A stretch of 63,256 nt of DNA, filler included, from Perkinsus chesapeaki ATCC PRA-425 (Eukaryota > Protista > Perkinsozoa), in the NCBI GenBank assembly GCA_013115145.1. It is 8 parts of 8 records of this genome, joined end to end, with 100 filler letters (N's around TTAATTAATTAA, not from the genome) between each part and the next. Parts side by side here need not be neighbours in the genome. Positions count along the whole stretch, not along the records: positions 1 to 25,485 come from JAAPAO010000523.1; 7 more parts are not named here. One strand, written 5' to 3'. The position numbers were made by a program, and so were the translations under genes. Shown here in pieces: positions 1 through 14,698 of the stretch (position 1 is the first letter of the stretch; every line of letters begins with the position of its first letter). Below the pieces are notes generated by a model. It saw only the letters and a program-made list of their open reading frames with translations, was not told where the DNA came from and searched no databases.

Positions 1-3000
1 CCTGAGGCATTGGACTTGGCGTCCGGGCTTCAGGTTTGGCCTTCTCCCATACTCCCGCGCCTTTGGGATTTCACCCCTCCCATTTAGTGACATTTCCATG
101 GAATTATAGTGACAGCGCCTGTTTGTGCCAGTATGGTCACCAGCATCGTAGAGAAGCGTGCGCCAAGATGATCGATTATATGAGACTGCTTTCCGATGAT
201 GATGCTGTTTCATAGGGTTATACTATATGGGTAACACACAGTGCTGTGAATCTGCCCCTCGTAAACCAACAGGTGACGGAAGTACCTTGCCGGACTCCAA
301 GAAACCAGTTAAATGCTACATTCAAAAAGCCGGACCGTAGGATCGAACCCGGGCGGGATTATTATTAGATCAGAAGGCCGTCTCAGTTACTCCCCGAATT
401 ACAAAGCCTTTACTAACGAAAACTTAGAGTGGATGGAGTTCGTCAAGAATACATCGGGTGCACTAAAGTCACGGTCAAAATCTGGCCAAGGCACAGCAGC
501 CGACGACAGGCTTTTCACCCTGTATGGCATTCGTCCATCTAGTTGTTGAATTTTCCCCTCAGTGAGAAGTTCGTCGATTGCCCTGGTGGCACTCGGGAAA
601 CCTTAGGCAGCATAGAAATAGCCTCACCAGACGTCACAGTGTCAGAGAACGACACTGATTGGACAGCTCTGACCAAAGCGCGCGTTATGGACAAGTCAGG
701 TTCCACCACAGCCAAGGCAAGTCGCTAATGATGAGTTGATCAATACGGCGTTACAGGTCGAAGTGAAATCCAATGGCCATGGAACCGACAGTATCAGCGC
801 GGCCCAACTGAGCGTTAAGGTTAAGTGTGGCAAAGATCAGAAACATGACAGCCTGCGTAAGAATGTTTTTTGCTGAAGAATGTGCAACTGTTCTCATTGC
901 AGAGGTCGTCGATTCCAGTGACGCCAATAAGCGAGCTTACACTGTCACACATCGCTACTTTACTTTTACATGTTCCGAGTTCCAGGAAGGAGTGTCGAGT
1001 GATGATTTCAGAATCGGTATCCCTACTGTTTAATATCGGCTAATTGTATTATCAGATTTGGAAACTTCTCCCGGTCCGGACGCTTACGATGGCAGCGTTA
1101 TCATGTTGGCCTTTATCGTGGCATGTACAGCCAGTAAGACAGCCGAGTTACGAATCATAAGGATATTGCCGGATTAGGGCCGACCGATCAACTTCGCAAA
1201 GCTGTGGCGTCGGCCATCGAATCAATTATAGAGGAGAGTCCTGAATAGTCCTGTTTGATCATGTTCTACCAAGTGTGTTATGCTAAGTGTTCTGCTGCTG
1301 CTGCTCTGTCGCGTTGAGTTATTATGACTTTGACACGCAAGACAACTACGTTATAAATATCACACAGCCATATCCTTTCAATAGACAGCCACTAGGGAAT
1401 AAATATTGCAAACTAGTGAACTTGGGAGTATCCTCTGAAAATGGCATTATCATTGAAGACGAAATTAAATGCCCCAATCACTCACACAAAATAATACTCG
1501 GACAACCGTTGGTGAAGGGCTCGGCGAGCAACATGCCAAAGTTAGCATTTGAATAATGCATATTCTCATAATTATACATCGGATGCAGCTTCGTATTGTC
1601 AGTGGCTCGATAAAGCCCGACCACTAGTTCAATTCGCAGACGCTGCTATGGCCAGCGGGGACGATCTCCGTTTCTTGCTATCTGCTTTATTGACGGACTC
1701 TTCTCGTTTCTTCTTCTCGCGGTCGGCTTGATCCAGCAGGAAGCTCTGCACCTCAGGAACTTGAGCATGCTTCTTGAAGAGCTCATCGTCCGAAATCGGC
1801 ACGAATTTCTCGTCAAGATACTTAACGAATCGAGTCCGATAGTATTCGGGGGGCTCCGTGTCAATCTCATGGAAGCATCTAACCGGCGAAGTATTCCCAA
1901 ATTCACAGCAGAGGCTCCACGGCGGCACCTTACCCTATGGTGTACTTCTTCATTAACCTAGCAGCCCGTTTCTTCAATGTGTATTGCTGCAGTATATCAA
2001 TTATACCAACGTAATAAACCATGCAAACGCCTAACTTCAACACAGTAAGGATTAAAACAGGCAATAAATTGCCGACCTCGGTCATCATCCCAACCAGGAA
2101 CGCCTCCTTGATATAATTCAAACAAGCGACTACGTGGTGCTACTGATGTAGGTGAGGTGGGAGTAGCAGGAGCGGACGATACCTGACAGACTTCTGTAAA
2201 GAGAATATCCTAATAAAAGTCCAGGACTCACCACAATGGCTGCCGCGACCTGGTCGGCGTCTACCAATGCTTTAACGGCAGCAATATCTAAAAGAGCGGC
2301 AATTACCATGCCACCAATCACCGAGGAGGAGGAGGAGATGATGCAACACTTACCTGTGGTTTCATGTATACCTAATATAAGGGAGTAATCCATGATGCGA
2401 TGCTTCATGAGAAATTCAGTATCGTAAACAATGGCAGATTTGATCGCTGCACAGAGGACCTGTTCAAATCAGCATCTGAACCGCGAAGCATCTTAATCGT
2501 CTTACTTCTGGAAGCATAACAGTTTGTCCAGAAAAGTTGAGATCCTTGAGAACCTTGGGTGACGGCGGGCTATTATCCTGGCCACTGTCATGTCCACTAA
2601 GTTGCCCGTTATTCTGTCCAGCCGCTGGCGCGACTAGCTCACTGGAATTCTGAGCGACGTACCTGCGCAGGCGAGTTGAGAACATCCGGCAGTGTTCTAA
2701 CGAACCTGTCTTCGGTGGTTCCTTTCAAATCATATTTCCGTTGACATGACAGGCCTCCGAAAATGTTATTCATAACAACAAACCTAGTACCTTCAATAGC
2801 AGCAAAATGGCAGTCAGTTGTAATAGCGGAGCGAAGCGTAGGCTACTTACTTCGTTTGAAGCCTTGCAGCTTGATCTTAAACAGGGCAAAAAAGCGACAT
2901 AATATGGAATTGGAATTCCTAAGAGAATTGCCGGATCTCCACGGTAGTTGTCGCTGCTGCTGCTGCTTACTTGATGAAATGTTTAAGATAATCTCCGGCA

Positions 3001-4081
3001 ATATTTTGCAGTAGAATTGACTCCTTCCTGGAGATCGACTTCAGCAAGTATCTAAACCGCGCGTCGCTTAATTCTCTTTCAGCCAGCCAGGCTGCACTAG
3101 GTCTACTTGGAATCGCTGGTGAACCAAAAGATGCTGCCGGACTTGCCAGCATCGCCGGTTCCGGTTTGAGTTCGCAGAGGGTGATCACAGAGGGACGACA
3201 CCAACTCTGCATCAGTCACCCCGAACACTCTGAATAGAATACACTCCCATCCTCGGCAGACTGCCTATCTCACCGTCGGAGCTTCGCGAACGTCTTTCCC
3301 TTGTACGTACTGAAGTCAAATGTAGGCAAAATAGCCTTGGACTCAAACCGGGTTTGGCTCTTCGCTCCAAGAGTAGCAACCTGACATCGCGGCAACTTCC
3401 GTCGGCCACCATTATCACCCTACCGATGCCCTATACTGTTTGGTCACAGTGCCACCAGCTTGATGAACGGCAGTCGCCCCTGGTGACAGCACCCCTCGGA
3501 TACCTAGAGGCCGTCTCTATACCACTACGCCCTAATCGGTACCTTTTTGCACCAGAAACGACAACTCTGCCGTCGATCTCGCCGCTCCCGGCTGGCCACG
3601 GTGTATTCCCGGAGACATATCGCTCGAATCTTCCCTTTCTCGATGCCCAGGCGAGTGCGACCCACTAGTCTTATCCGCCAATTGCACCGAGCCCAGCATG
3701 GGCTCGCCGGTAGAGCCCATCACAGCTGACGAAGCTGGGTCCACTTGGCTCAAATTAGCTGACAGACGGGAGTCGCTCATATGAACCTAGGAGCCGAAAC
3801 CAAAATCACCGCCACTTCCATAACTCCGTCACGCGCACCATGAGCATCTTGTGTTGTGGCAAGGAATCTCCTCGACTCAGATTTTTCCCACCCGTCGAAT
3901 ACGACCGTTGGCCCGCCTCGCCCCCATGGGTGCTCGCTCGAGGCCGAGCATTGGACGGCGAAACACTCGGCTGGGCATCCTCAAAGCGAATGTCATTCAA
4001 GTGAACGTCGCCCTCCGAAAAAACGTCTTCCTGCTCGAGCCGCTGCTGCTGCTGTTGCCCTTCTCGTGATGATTCAGTCAT
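1..4081 (-). CDS. Multi-exon hypothetical protein gene (possibly two genes), runs off the window start
   Basis: ATG at 4081 (MTESSREGQQQQQ). Protein-like exons such as AAWLAERELSDARFRYLLKSI, EYYRTRFVKYLDEKFVPISDDELFKK and FPSATRAIDELLTEGKIQQLDGRMPY are separated by GT-AG introns. No family recognised. Confidence 0.55.
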
Positions 4082-4513
4082 TAAAACTACAGGAACTGTC
4101 TTCTCAGTACTGCCATATGGCCTGTCTACTCAGTCCTCCTCTACGGTATTTCACCGAATCATATAAGGAATACACTATTCAACCGACCTTACGGGTCGGC
4201 TCGTGCGACCGAAATGCGGCAGAATTTTCTCGTTCTTGGCAACTTATGGAGTCGGGCACGTGAACCTATCCCTGACGCCGGTTTCCCTTCATCAGTTGTA
4301 CCCCAAAGCTCCCTCACGTCCCCATAGATAATTCACTCTTTAAGTGGAATGTTGAGTGAAAATGAGTGTTTTCCCTTTTCGCTAGATATATCCCCACATC
4401 ACATTCTACCCAAACTCTATACACTTTGCCACTAAGTGAAATGGAATTATAGTGTAGCAACCAGAAACGTAAGGCGGCGAAAACCACTTACGCCTTACTA
4501 CAGCAACTCAATC

Positions 4514-7307
4514 TCAAGCCTTTTTAACTTCCCCCTTTGTGGTCACCAACACCACAGTAAGCATACAGCCATTCACATCCGACCTCCCCAAAGTGGCCTC
4601 TTCATTCTTCTGCAACATCTCCTTTACACTACGTCCAGGTGGCGGCACCAACTCTTTAAGATCGAACGCAGAAAGGCCGATGCCTTCCCAGTTCGCCACC
4701 AACGCTAGTAGGTCCTGAAAATACCATTGGCACCAATTGGAGATACACTTGACTATCGCCAATTGTTCTCAAAGGAACAGTTTATCTTATAGCCCATCTA
4801 CGGCGACCGTCTAAACCACGGGCGTATGAGTGATGACAGACCGATAATGGCAATGCAATCGAATAAAGACCGATATAAACCTTTCTCAAGAAACCAGTCA
4901 CTACGCCTCCTAACCCCTCAAGTTTTAATCCCGTGAAACAGCTTATGTAGAGAGACCATTCCAAACTACGATATCAAACCGGGTATGCCATACCGCATTC
5001 CCCCCGTATTACCCCAAGCCGCTGTTCTTTGCCCAACACTGCCTTCTTCCTTTCCCCATTACTAGTCCTAATTCCAATTCTAACAACATCTTTAGCTCCT
5101 TCCACAGGCAGACTAGGCATTGCCGGCACCGCCTCCTTTGTCTCCTCGCTGCTAGACTCCATTTCAACACTACTGTCAGACTCAGGGGATGAAGGAGTAG
5201 TCGAAGAGGGCTTCGATGATGACGTCTGTCAACAACAAAGACTCGTAGCCCTCATAGCCCGTGGTTGTTAAACTAAAGGTCCTTCCGAAATTCCGTGACA
5301 ACATTTTAGGATCGATATCTATGCAGTGCATCAGAAGCAACTTCCAAAGAATCTTCTAAACATTGGCCCCGCTATAGGTGGAAATAGTGGCGTTCCCCCA
5401 TTTCGGGCGTCCTGGTTACCGTGGTGCAATTTATTTTTCTGATTTCGGGGTAAAATAATATAAAACATGAGCACTTGTTTTATATATCCGAAACGGATGA
5501 TCGAGCAAGCCGAGCGTCCAACTAGGATTCTCATGTGACAGCCTATCCCCCACCTTACCCCAGAGCTCTGATGATGGTGGCGCCTCCTAGTCGGAGGCTG
5601 CTTGTCAAAATCGTATCGATCAGTGAAGTCAGTCATCTTCTGGAGGGCCTCAACCGCCTGACCAGCCAGCGTACCCCGACGAGCATCCACACCGTTACGA
5701 GGTATTACATCCTTAGCAAACTTACTAACGTCCCACTCTTCACATTTCCTTCCGGTCCTCGGGTCCAATACATGCACAAGAGGCAGCGAAGCCTGAGCCC
5801 ATCGTAGATAATTTCGTGGCGCGCGACAGTCTAGCTTAACCTGGTCTAGCCCCTTGCAGTAGTAGCTAAGATACTGCACTGCTTCAGCTTCCTCTTTTGA
5901 TCTCTGCCAAAGTATGAAACTAGTCTTGAGCAAATCCTGTACCATCGACTGCTTCCAGATATCCCTGAAGAGACCAAACCAGTCCGCAGGATTCTCTATT
6001 ATTTCTCAACAAAGCCACATGCAATCCTCTTATCCAAAGGATTATGGAGGGCAGTGCTGAAGACCCTATAATTTTACAGCCACTCAGATACTGGAAGTTT
6101 CAATAAAATCGACTGGGAAAGCCAGGTAGAACTACAGACCCTTTTTAGGTATCCGTAAGTATGTGTAACTTTTCTAGTAGCAGAAGCCAAAGCCATTATT
6201 ACCTATTTAAACTATGACTGAGGAAGTTCTCATTGTCCTGTATATTCACTATAAGCCATCGCTTCTCAGCTCTCGCCTTTTGAAGCACCTCCGCAAACGG
6301 CAGCGGCGAAGAGAGCCCTTTAGGCAGATTGAATAGATTCATAAATGCTGAACATCACGCACTCCTCCATATCCCAGGCCCAGTAGTACCTTTCTCGCCA
6401 TCGTTCGCAGCCGAGTCAGGCTCACCGTCGCTGCCCTGGTCATCATCATCGTCCTCCTCCTCAAAATAGAACTCCTCATTCTCCGCTTCATCTCCCATAC
6501 GTGTATCTCCATCACCAGTGCTGCCTCTTTGACCATCCGGAGAAGCGACTCTCACATAACTGAACACCACGACACAGTGAGCCGTCACAGCGTGCCATCG
6601 ACTACTACCTGATATTCCCCCCGACCGAGCCCCTGTTGCCCGGCACGGATCCGGTAGGCGAGGACAGCAACGTATCCCGAAATGCAGGTATCGCTGCCCG
6701 AACGTCTAAAGGGAAGTTCTATGGAATTGCAGTTGCCTATGCGGGGAGATATTCCAACGACATAAGGGGTTCCATCCCACCTCACGGGCGCATCCTATTC
6801 GTAATGGAAATGATTAGGGATTTCATCAAGCCCTACGTACGTGTTCTAATCCATCATATCGTACTCCCTTAATCTTAATGTCAGTTTAAACCCCTAAAGC
6901 AAAGAGCACTGCTGCTCCACTTCAAGGATCCTATCATGGCGCATTCTCCACTAAAAACCCCGGTACCACGCGGCACGCACTACTGAAGCAAAGCCTTCAC
7001 GAACACCTTAATTACTGTGCCTCACCCGACGGAAACATCGCTTTATCATAAGCACCTATCATTACTATCTTTACTGCCCTCCGTTGCCAAATGCGTATCC
7101 CTACACACCTAGCCACCCTCTACTACTTTCCTCTGGTACTGCTGCACCTCCAACACCAACATCAAAGTACAACGACGCTGCCCTATCCAAGTTGCCTCCA
7201 GCCATCTCGATATACTGTCTGGCCTCTGATGCCGTTGGGCAGCCGGTAAGACCCATGAACGACGCAACCGAGTCGTCGATCGCATCACTTGACCCTGAGG
7301 CGGACAT
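4514..7307 (-). CDS. UBXN7: UBX domain protein 7-like p97 adaptor (UBA-UAS-UBX), multi-exon
   Basis: N-terminal UBA-like SFMGLTGCPTASEARQYIEMAGGNLDRAASLYF; UAS motifs ARAEKRWLIVNIQDNENFLSHSLNR, SFILWQ and VHVLDPRTGRK; C-terminal UBX RIGIRTSNGERKK...FDLKELVPPPGRSV. Confidence 0.88.
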
Positions 7308-7831
7308 TAGTACAACTAATTTAACTTCGAAGTAGGGAGTGAGCTCAAGAGCAATTGGAGAATAATTATCCAATCAAGTAATTATTCGTAACGAACTACT
7401 CATTGTGTCGCATCGCTGTCCTTGAGGACTCCCTATCAACCAGTAATGCCTGCCTCCTCGGTCCCAGTCGGTGAATGAGACGGCGCACGGTGGTGCTGAA
7501 AATTCAAGTCTCCGATGCTTTCTACTGAACGGATATGAAAGGAGTCGTTCGCAAAAGGAATCAGATTCGTACTCTTTTTCAGTGGTTCACACTACTAATA
7601 TACATATACTATAATATACTATACTATATATGTATAGCTTTTACCGCGGCGTACTACCGCACAGCAGCAGCTTATCATCCATCAGCTACTACCAGATACA
7701 TCCTCCATCCCAGCCAACCAACCCTCTACCCTTAGACCCTATCAACATCAGTCATATCTTCGCTCACAGAAACACGTTATACCCTAACCGCCGCTAAGCG
7801 GAGTAATTAACAACATCATAAAGTACTGTAA

Positions 7832-9494
7832 TCATGCGGTAATCACAACAGATCCAGCGACCGAGGGACCTCTCGGGACCAATGTGTCAGCCATAGACGG
7901 TCCTACTAACTCGGCCATTCGATCATACCTGCGCAATGGCACTCCGTACTGGGCATAGGCCAATTACTACCAAGACTTTATTTTAGTATTCTCCCACATA
8001 AGCCTCTCGGTTGTGAATCCCTCCACAGACCGCAGCACACCATACACATTGAAGTCCGCAGTACACGGAGATGCCCCACCGAGGAAGCTGATCCAGGCAG
8101 GTTCAGCGCGGCGGTGGCGGCGCCCACCAAGCCCAGGCATCACCTGTTGTCTCCCATCTGCTCTACCATCATATCCAAGGCTTCATACAGCGCCTCTCTC
8201 TCCTCTCCTTTTGGTAAATGGTACTTCTTCCTTCTAGCACCCGACACCATCATCATTACGAATGTGCCACTCCAATAGACGGCCATCTTAGAGATGTAAC
8301 CGAATTCCTTATGGGTTAAAAGATAATCAAAAGTCTCCATAGACTCCTTCAGATTCCTGTATATATTGATAACGATCAGCTGCACCTGGACACCAAGCCG
8401 ATGCCATACAACAACCCCACTAATTACCAAACACTGATCTGCCCACCGCACCCACTGCTCTTCGATGCTCATCTCAGCATCGGATTTAACTGCAACGACA
8501 TGCCTTTCACGCCGCCGCCGCTGACATCACTACCTTCCTCGGCCTCGCCTGATTTCTTTTCTGGCACTACTGCCTCCGGCCCTGTCATGTACTTAGTGAC
8601 TGAAAACGGACAGTTAACACATTATCGCTCATGAAGCTACGCTCAGTAGGTATAGGTGCCTTCACCAACGGAACACCCTTCTTGGGTTGAGCAATAGTGC
8701 CCATACCACCAGCCACAGCCGCTACTATATCTAAGCACGAGGTCCTACCAATACCCTTCAGTCGCGCTGCTACCCGAGGAATTCCTCATTTGCACTTTAC
8801 GCCCGTTATACTCGAACGTCACCAATGGGACCTAAATCACAGCTCTCTCCCTCCCTTAGCATCCTCGGCACCTTTTTGTAATCTGGTGCAAAAGCCTTGG
8901 TCTCAGCTTTAGTGAGTGGATGCACTTCGATCAGCTTGTACGGCAGACGATGATAGTCCAGCACTCCTCGGACCTACCCGGCGTGGTATCAAAAGATATG
9001 ACGGAGTTACCAACCTTTCGGCAAAAGGGACAGCTCTCGTACTGATAGAGACAAATCTTGACCGCGCCAGTCTTCAAGTCGAAATCCTTAGGCAACTGCT
9101 CGACCACTGTCACCTTCTCTGAAGCTGCCTCAGACATCTCCTCACAATGGGTTGCCTCGTAAGCTCGAGCGAAAGGCTAATACGGCGAATGATACCGACT
9201 GAGAGCGGGGAAGCGACGTACTTTATCATGCTGCCACTTCCACATGGTAAACGCCACAACGGCGAAGCCAGCCGCCATTGCCATGGTCTTCTGGTCGTCG
9301 GTGAGGCTGCGGGTGATACGATGCTTCCAGGAGTGCTGTCTGATGAATCTATGCAATGTAGGAGTGCAATCGACTTACTTGTCTCCCGCTGGCCCTCCTT
9401 CAGTAGAAGACGACAAAGCACGCCGCGAAAACAGACTAGCTTGGGCCACTTGCACCGTGGGGAGTGCCGAGGAGAAGCGGCGGAGCGACAACAT
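7832..9494 (-). CDS. PTGES2: Prostaglandin E synthase 2-like glutaredoxin/GST with probable mitochondrial presequence
   Basis: LYQYESCPFCRKV, WVRWADQCLV, NIYRNLKESMETFDY, FLGGASPCTADFNVYGVLRSVEG and SWYDRM match the mPGES-2 layout. The N-terminus MLSLRRFSSALP is Arg/Ser-rich. Confidence 0.9.
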
Positions 9495-9598
9495 TCGAGC
9501 TAATTAGTAACCCTGAAAAGTCCGTCCCAGCAATCCAGTGAACTCAACTCCCATCAACCACGACCACATGTTACACACGTATCAACGGCTACCAAGAC

Positions 9599-10090
9599 TT
9601 AGTCTCGGCAGACAGCCCAACGGTGTGCCTTCCTCCTTGGTGCCACTGTTGGCGGGCTCTTGCGTATCAGGGCATCTTCGCTTCCCTTCTGGCTTCTTTT
9701 CCTCCTCCTCGTTACATAGACATATCCAATGGTAGTCCTCACCGCCACCGAGGACCGGTACAATGCCCTGCGTAGAACCTCTACACCAACATCAACGACG
9801 CGGATCTTACCTGCTTCCTTAACGTCTCCGACTCTAACATGTTCAAAGCCCCACCGGCCACACTGCGGAACTGTCATCAGCAACCGCTATACAGGCTTTT
9901 ATCCCAATGGCTTACTTGCGGCGGCATGAACGATACAGCGGCAGATCCCAAAGCCCCAAGCGAAATCCCACCAAGCTCCAACAGAGACTCGAAGAAGCCA
10001 CCATTACCTCCACTCAACCCTAAAACTTACAAGTGTCGAAATTCTTAAAACCGTCGCAGAAACCACTGCAGCACCCACCAGCATTATTTT
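9599..10090 (-). CDS. Small multi-exon hypothetical protein
   Basis: Hydrophobic MLVGAAVVSATVLRISTL exon followed by GTAAG donors and in-frame exons. The frame of the last exon is ambiguous. Confidence 0.3.
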
Positions 10091-12193
10091 CCTTATTTTG
10101 TCGAAGGGCGTTGCTGAGACCAAATGCCCACAGTGGAACGACAACCTTCCACCATCCCACCATACCGATTCAATGGTAATAGCTTCCAATGGTAATTTGT
10201 GAACAACACAACACAACGGAAGAATACAATCAACGAAGCTGCTGAAGTACTATCACTAAGAGTATGATAAAAGTATCTACGATGAAATACAAGACGATCT
10301 CCTTTAATACATCAAGCAAGTCCAGCCCAACCTCGGTTTTCAACCGAACGATGGGCTTAACGGGGGACCTCGACTTCAACGCTGGTACGGCATCATCATC
10401 ACTGGCAGCAGTGGTAGCTCGTTCAGCTCGCGGAGCCTTCAGAGCCGCGAACACGTCAATTCAAGCAAGTATATTGTACACAAGCAGCATCAGCAGCAGC
10501 AACACCTTCCAGCACCTACCGGCGTTGCACCTAGTAAGCACTGGAGGTAGGTGGAGCTTCGCTTGTGAGAGATGATAAAAGAGCCGGTACCAGCCACCCT
10601 GTGGGAGAAGAATCGTCTAGGGTAAATGAGTTAAAAACTTAGCACAGCGCCCCTGGCATTAGTAGTAGCAACAGCAGCAGCAACCTATTACTGTGTAAAA
10701 AGTAGGCGATCAGTACTACCGAAAGAAGAAGAATAGCCCTGTAGCTGCTAGAACCTTACTCCCACCAGTCGGTTCGGGTACGGCGTAGGAAGAATGGTAT
10801 GAATAATAGAAGGCAGAGGTTACGTTTACTAACGAAGGAGGAAAGTGTCAACAAATGTAATAGCGACGATGACTATCTGATCTACCAATACATGTGGAAA
10901 GCAAAGCGTGCATCTTTTAGAAGAGATTGTCGTTGATAACAAGTACAGAAGAAGATAACGACCAAAGGGATCTCAATAGGAAAATTCCAACAATTGAGTA
11001 TATCAGTTATCATTGCAGGGGCTCTGCTGCCGTCATTATCATCTCCTTCATCTCATTAGACTCGGGGCGGATGGTAGAATTAGTAGTAGAAGTATGAGCA
11101 TAGTCACTTGAACTTCCATTGAAATCATCATCGCTCGAGTCAAGTAGTACCTCAATAGACAAAACGATAATATAGTAAGTAGTAGCAGTAAAACAGTCCA
11201 CCAAACATTCGAGATGAAGGGAAAGAACAACAGACGAGAACCCTCTACAAGAACTAAGACAACACGCATCACTAAAGACGCTACTAATAACGAGGACACT
11301 ACCATCATACATTGTACACAATGTCACCAATATAAAGGAAGGACAGTAGCAAGACTAAGAGTAAATACTACTCAGTACGACTGGTGGCGACAAAGGTATA
11401 AAAAATTACCACAACACTTCTGGGTTACTGCTGCAACGACAACAATCAACAAGAATAAGCCTCATACGAGAGCAGATCATGATAGGCAGTAGAACAGCAG
11501 CAGTAACAGAACCACCGAGGCAAGAAGAAGGAAACCAACAACAACAACCAGCCAATGGTCATTGTTATCACCAACAAGAGTACCATAAAGGGCGATGAGC
11601 CAGTGCGTCGACTAAACTTCGCCACCATTATGTCTCTTGTTGTCTATCGAACCACACGAGCTGCTTAAAGGCATCGTGAAGGTAGCTATATATAACAGTA
11701 GGGGTAATAAAGTTCAGAAGTTCAATCCAGCATCCTGCAAGTCCGTCGATAGAACTAGATAACATTGTCGTCTCACGACCAATAGAGATAATGTAGCACT
11801 ACACCAGACAGGCAATGCTGACTTCTTCTCCTACAATCAACAGTAGAGGCGGTACCATCATCATCAACAACATCAACAACAGTAGAAGTACTAATAATGA
11901 ACTATACAAACAAATCCATAGTACATAATAGGCAGCAGCATAATAATAACAACCAGAAGAGAAGCGAGAATGAAAACCCTAACAGGGTTAGTACAGCTCT
12001 AGCTGTTACCTTCCCTGCACTAAAAACTTGTGCTCTATATAATGCAAGTAATAGTAGTAGTTATTGTTATTGTTGTTCATGTAGCTCATTAAGTACGGTT
12101 ATGATGAACATGGTGATGTAGCTGGTCGTAGTATAGTCTCATTAATAGCATAAAAGAACCATTAAGAGACGACAACTTGTCGGTAGGTAATAC

Positions 12194-13309
12194 TTAAGGA
12201 TCAAGTTGGAGATAATCCACACTGCACACAGTCGATTCAGACTCAACGTGATGAACGACATGATGGCCGGGTTTAACATCATCAGCAGCGTCAACATCAG
12301 CACTCGATAGGCGTACCCTCTTATTGCTCTTCTTATCCTTAGGCACACGGTAGATGTACCATATTATCATTTGGGCAGCTCCCAGCACCTAAAAACAGGT
12401 AATGATGGATCGCTTCGCTCCGCCTTGTTATTGGCCTACCACTCCAGCGGCATTAGGTATCATAATGTGCATATCACCAGTGAAGAAGCCGTAACCGAAC
12501 CAGACCATCGCAGCAAGCCAGCCACCGAGCGAATACAATGGTGGCATGCAAGACGAATCCTTAGTCTCTGAAGAGGAGAAAGAACTAACCTAGAAAATAT
12601 CTTCTTGGTGAAGCCTTACGGATGATAGTCTTCAGCACTGCGAGGGGCGATGCGTACATCACAATGTTGACAACAACGCAGAAGGTTCCCAAAGTTGCAC
12701 TAGCATCGTGCGATAGGAACAAAGAGCAGTACATCTGAAAGGATAACAACAACACTTACCACTAAGAGGACAGCATCATATAGCAACCTTACAATAAGAA
12801 GATAGCAAAGGACTAAACCCAGGTAGTAAAGCACTGTAGTTCTCTTCTGTACAGCGTATCTCAAGAATATCTGATATAAGACAATAACGGCATTATAAAA
12901 GGCTACTGTACACTTACGAGCATGTACGTGACAAACACACATGAACTGAGAGCGTTAATGAAGAGAATAGAGTTACGGCCAGGAGTCTGAAAAAATAAAA
13001 CGGCATCTGAGATATCGGTGTTGTTGGTCTTATTACAATAAGAGCGTATGAAACCCACATAACTGATAATAAGGCCGATGCACAGTATGGCAAGGAGGAT
13101 AAGTTCTCTGTGCTGTGCTTCCTGACAATACCCACAAACGTGGGAACTGCCGTGAAGAACTGGCAGAAGGACACGACCGAACCAACCGAGCCGAGGATAG
13201 CTGCTATCGACCCAGCAGATAATAGAGAACTGCCAGCAGTGGCTGATGCTGCTGATAGTGTGGCATTCGCCATTGCGGCTACGGTCGAAGATGTTACGGC
13301 TGCCTCCAT
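12194..13309 (-). CDS. SWEET: SWEET/MtN3 sugar transporter, copy 1
   Basis: PTFVGIVRKHSTENLSSLPY, MYASPLAVLKTII, DSSCMPPLYS, IPNAAG and QMIIWYIY give two MtN3 repeats. Confidence 0.92.
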
Positions 13310-14698
13310 CCAACTAATAAAGACTTTCGACAAGCGAAAAAGACTTAAAACACCTGAAATGCAAATATAAGCCAATCTCACGGAAAATAGGGCCATGAAC
13401 AAAATCTCACTGCTGATTCACGGACTAGCTTAAATACACAAGTCAACCTATAAAAAATCTTCATTTAGCGCGTTGCACAAAATCTGTCTCCTTTCCATCA
13501 AGTCAATGAAAACTGAAATCAGCAGAGGAGATGGAAGTGGCAATCGTATAAAAACAAGTCACTCGCCGCCGGTGTAACATTCCATAAAACATCCCCAAGT
13601 CACGGCAGCTTCGAACAACTTTCTCCCTCGGGAATGTTCTGGTTTGTTCAGAACGTTCCTATCTGCTTCTGTATTCCCATTCATATGGCTGCACACTAGT
13701 CTTCCCTTATCAGTGCTCATAAACCGTATAACCTTCAATTGGCATAACACGACAGTCACTGGCTAACATCGTAGAAAAGAGGCGAACAACGATATTATTA
13801 GAACAACAACAACGGATGCGCCGCCCATCACCCGGGCAGCTGTACCCTGATGACAGACGACCATACCGCCACTTATCCGACTTTGGGGCTAATTAGGCAT
13901 AATAGCTACATAAGAAACAGCACCACAACTAGGAGCAAGCCACGCGGTATCATCAGGAGTGTTACACTCATTGGCAACCGACGGAAGCGAACCCCAGTGG
14001 TAAAAGCAATCTCCATTACCGAATGAACTAGATGTCCGTTTCTAGTAAGATTCAGTTCAAAGGTGAATTGCACAGTTGCCATTCAGCACTGTTACTGTAT
14101 CAAACAGTACTATATGGACTTTCGGTCAGGCTCAGATAGGGCCCGAAACGCCCAAAATGGACGAATGGGAAAACTAGAATTGTGTGAAGGAGCTGCGACG
14201 GTCATGCGGTTCTGTGGATCGACCGCCGCAAGCGATGAGACATTGTTCCGGTCGCTGGGGATCTCGGTGAAGCTCATAAATTACTAGACTTATCGAGAAG
14301 AGCATTCTGTGTAGCTCTCATCCACGATGGAAGTCCCACAGGCACGGAGGTAAATAATAAAGATGATAGAAACGGCAAACATCAGGTAACATATATCCAT
14401 GCTACCTAATCGACGCCAACCAACAGGTGGCGGAAAAACGTGAAACAGTACATAGCAAAGTGGGAATCCTACTTGTTCAAGTAGGGACAATGACCAAGAA
14501 GACAAGAAACAGTGGACGCTGATGCTAACGCTAGTTAGGCGGCACATTAGTAAAGCAAGCTAGAGCCTTATCTTCCATATATGTCGATAACACGCTCTAC
14601 ATTGCCACCAACGACAGGCCAATAGACGGCCCACTAGTACTAGATCCATACAGGGATCACCATACACCGACGGCAATAGCATCTCAAAGAGAGCCAGT

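Noticed and set aside
98-4454. Shared 14-mer ATGGAATTATAGTG at 98 and 4441
   Set aside because: The contexts differ and there is no flanking similarity; plausibly chance.
11010-11628. Hydrophobic ORFs as a membrane protein gene
   Set aside because: Low-complexity (GTT/TAC-rich) sequence typical of UTR or intergenic DNA here, with no coherent exon chain.
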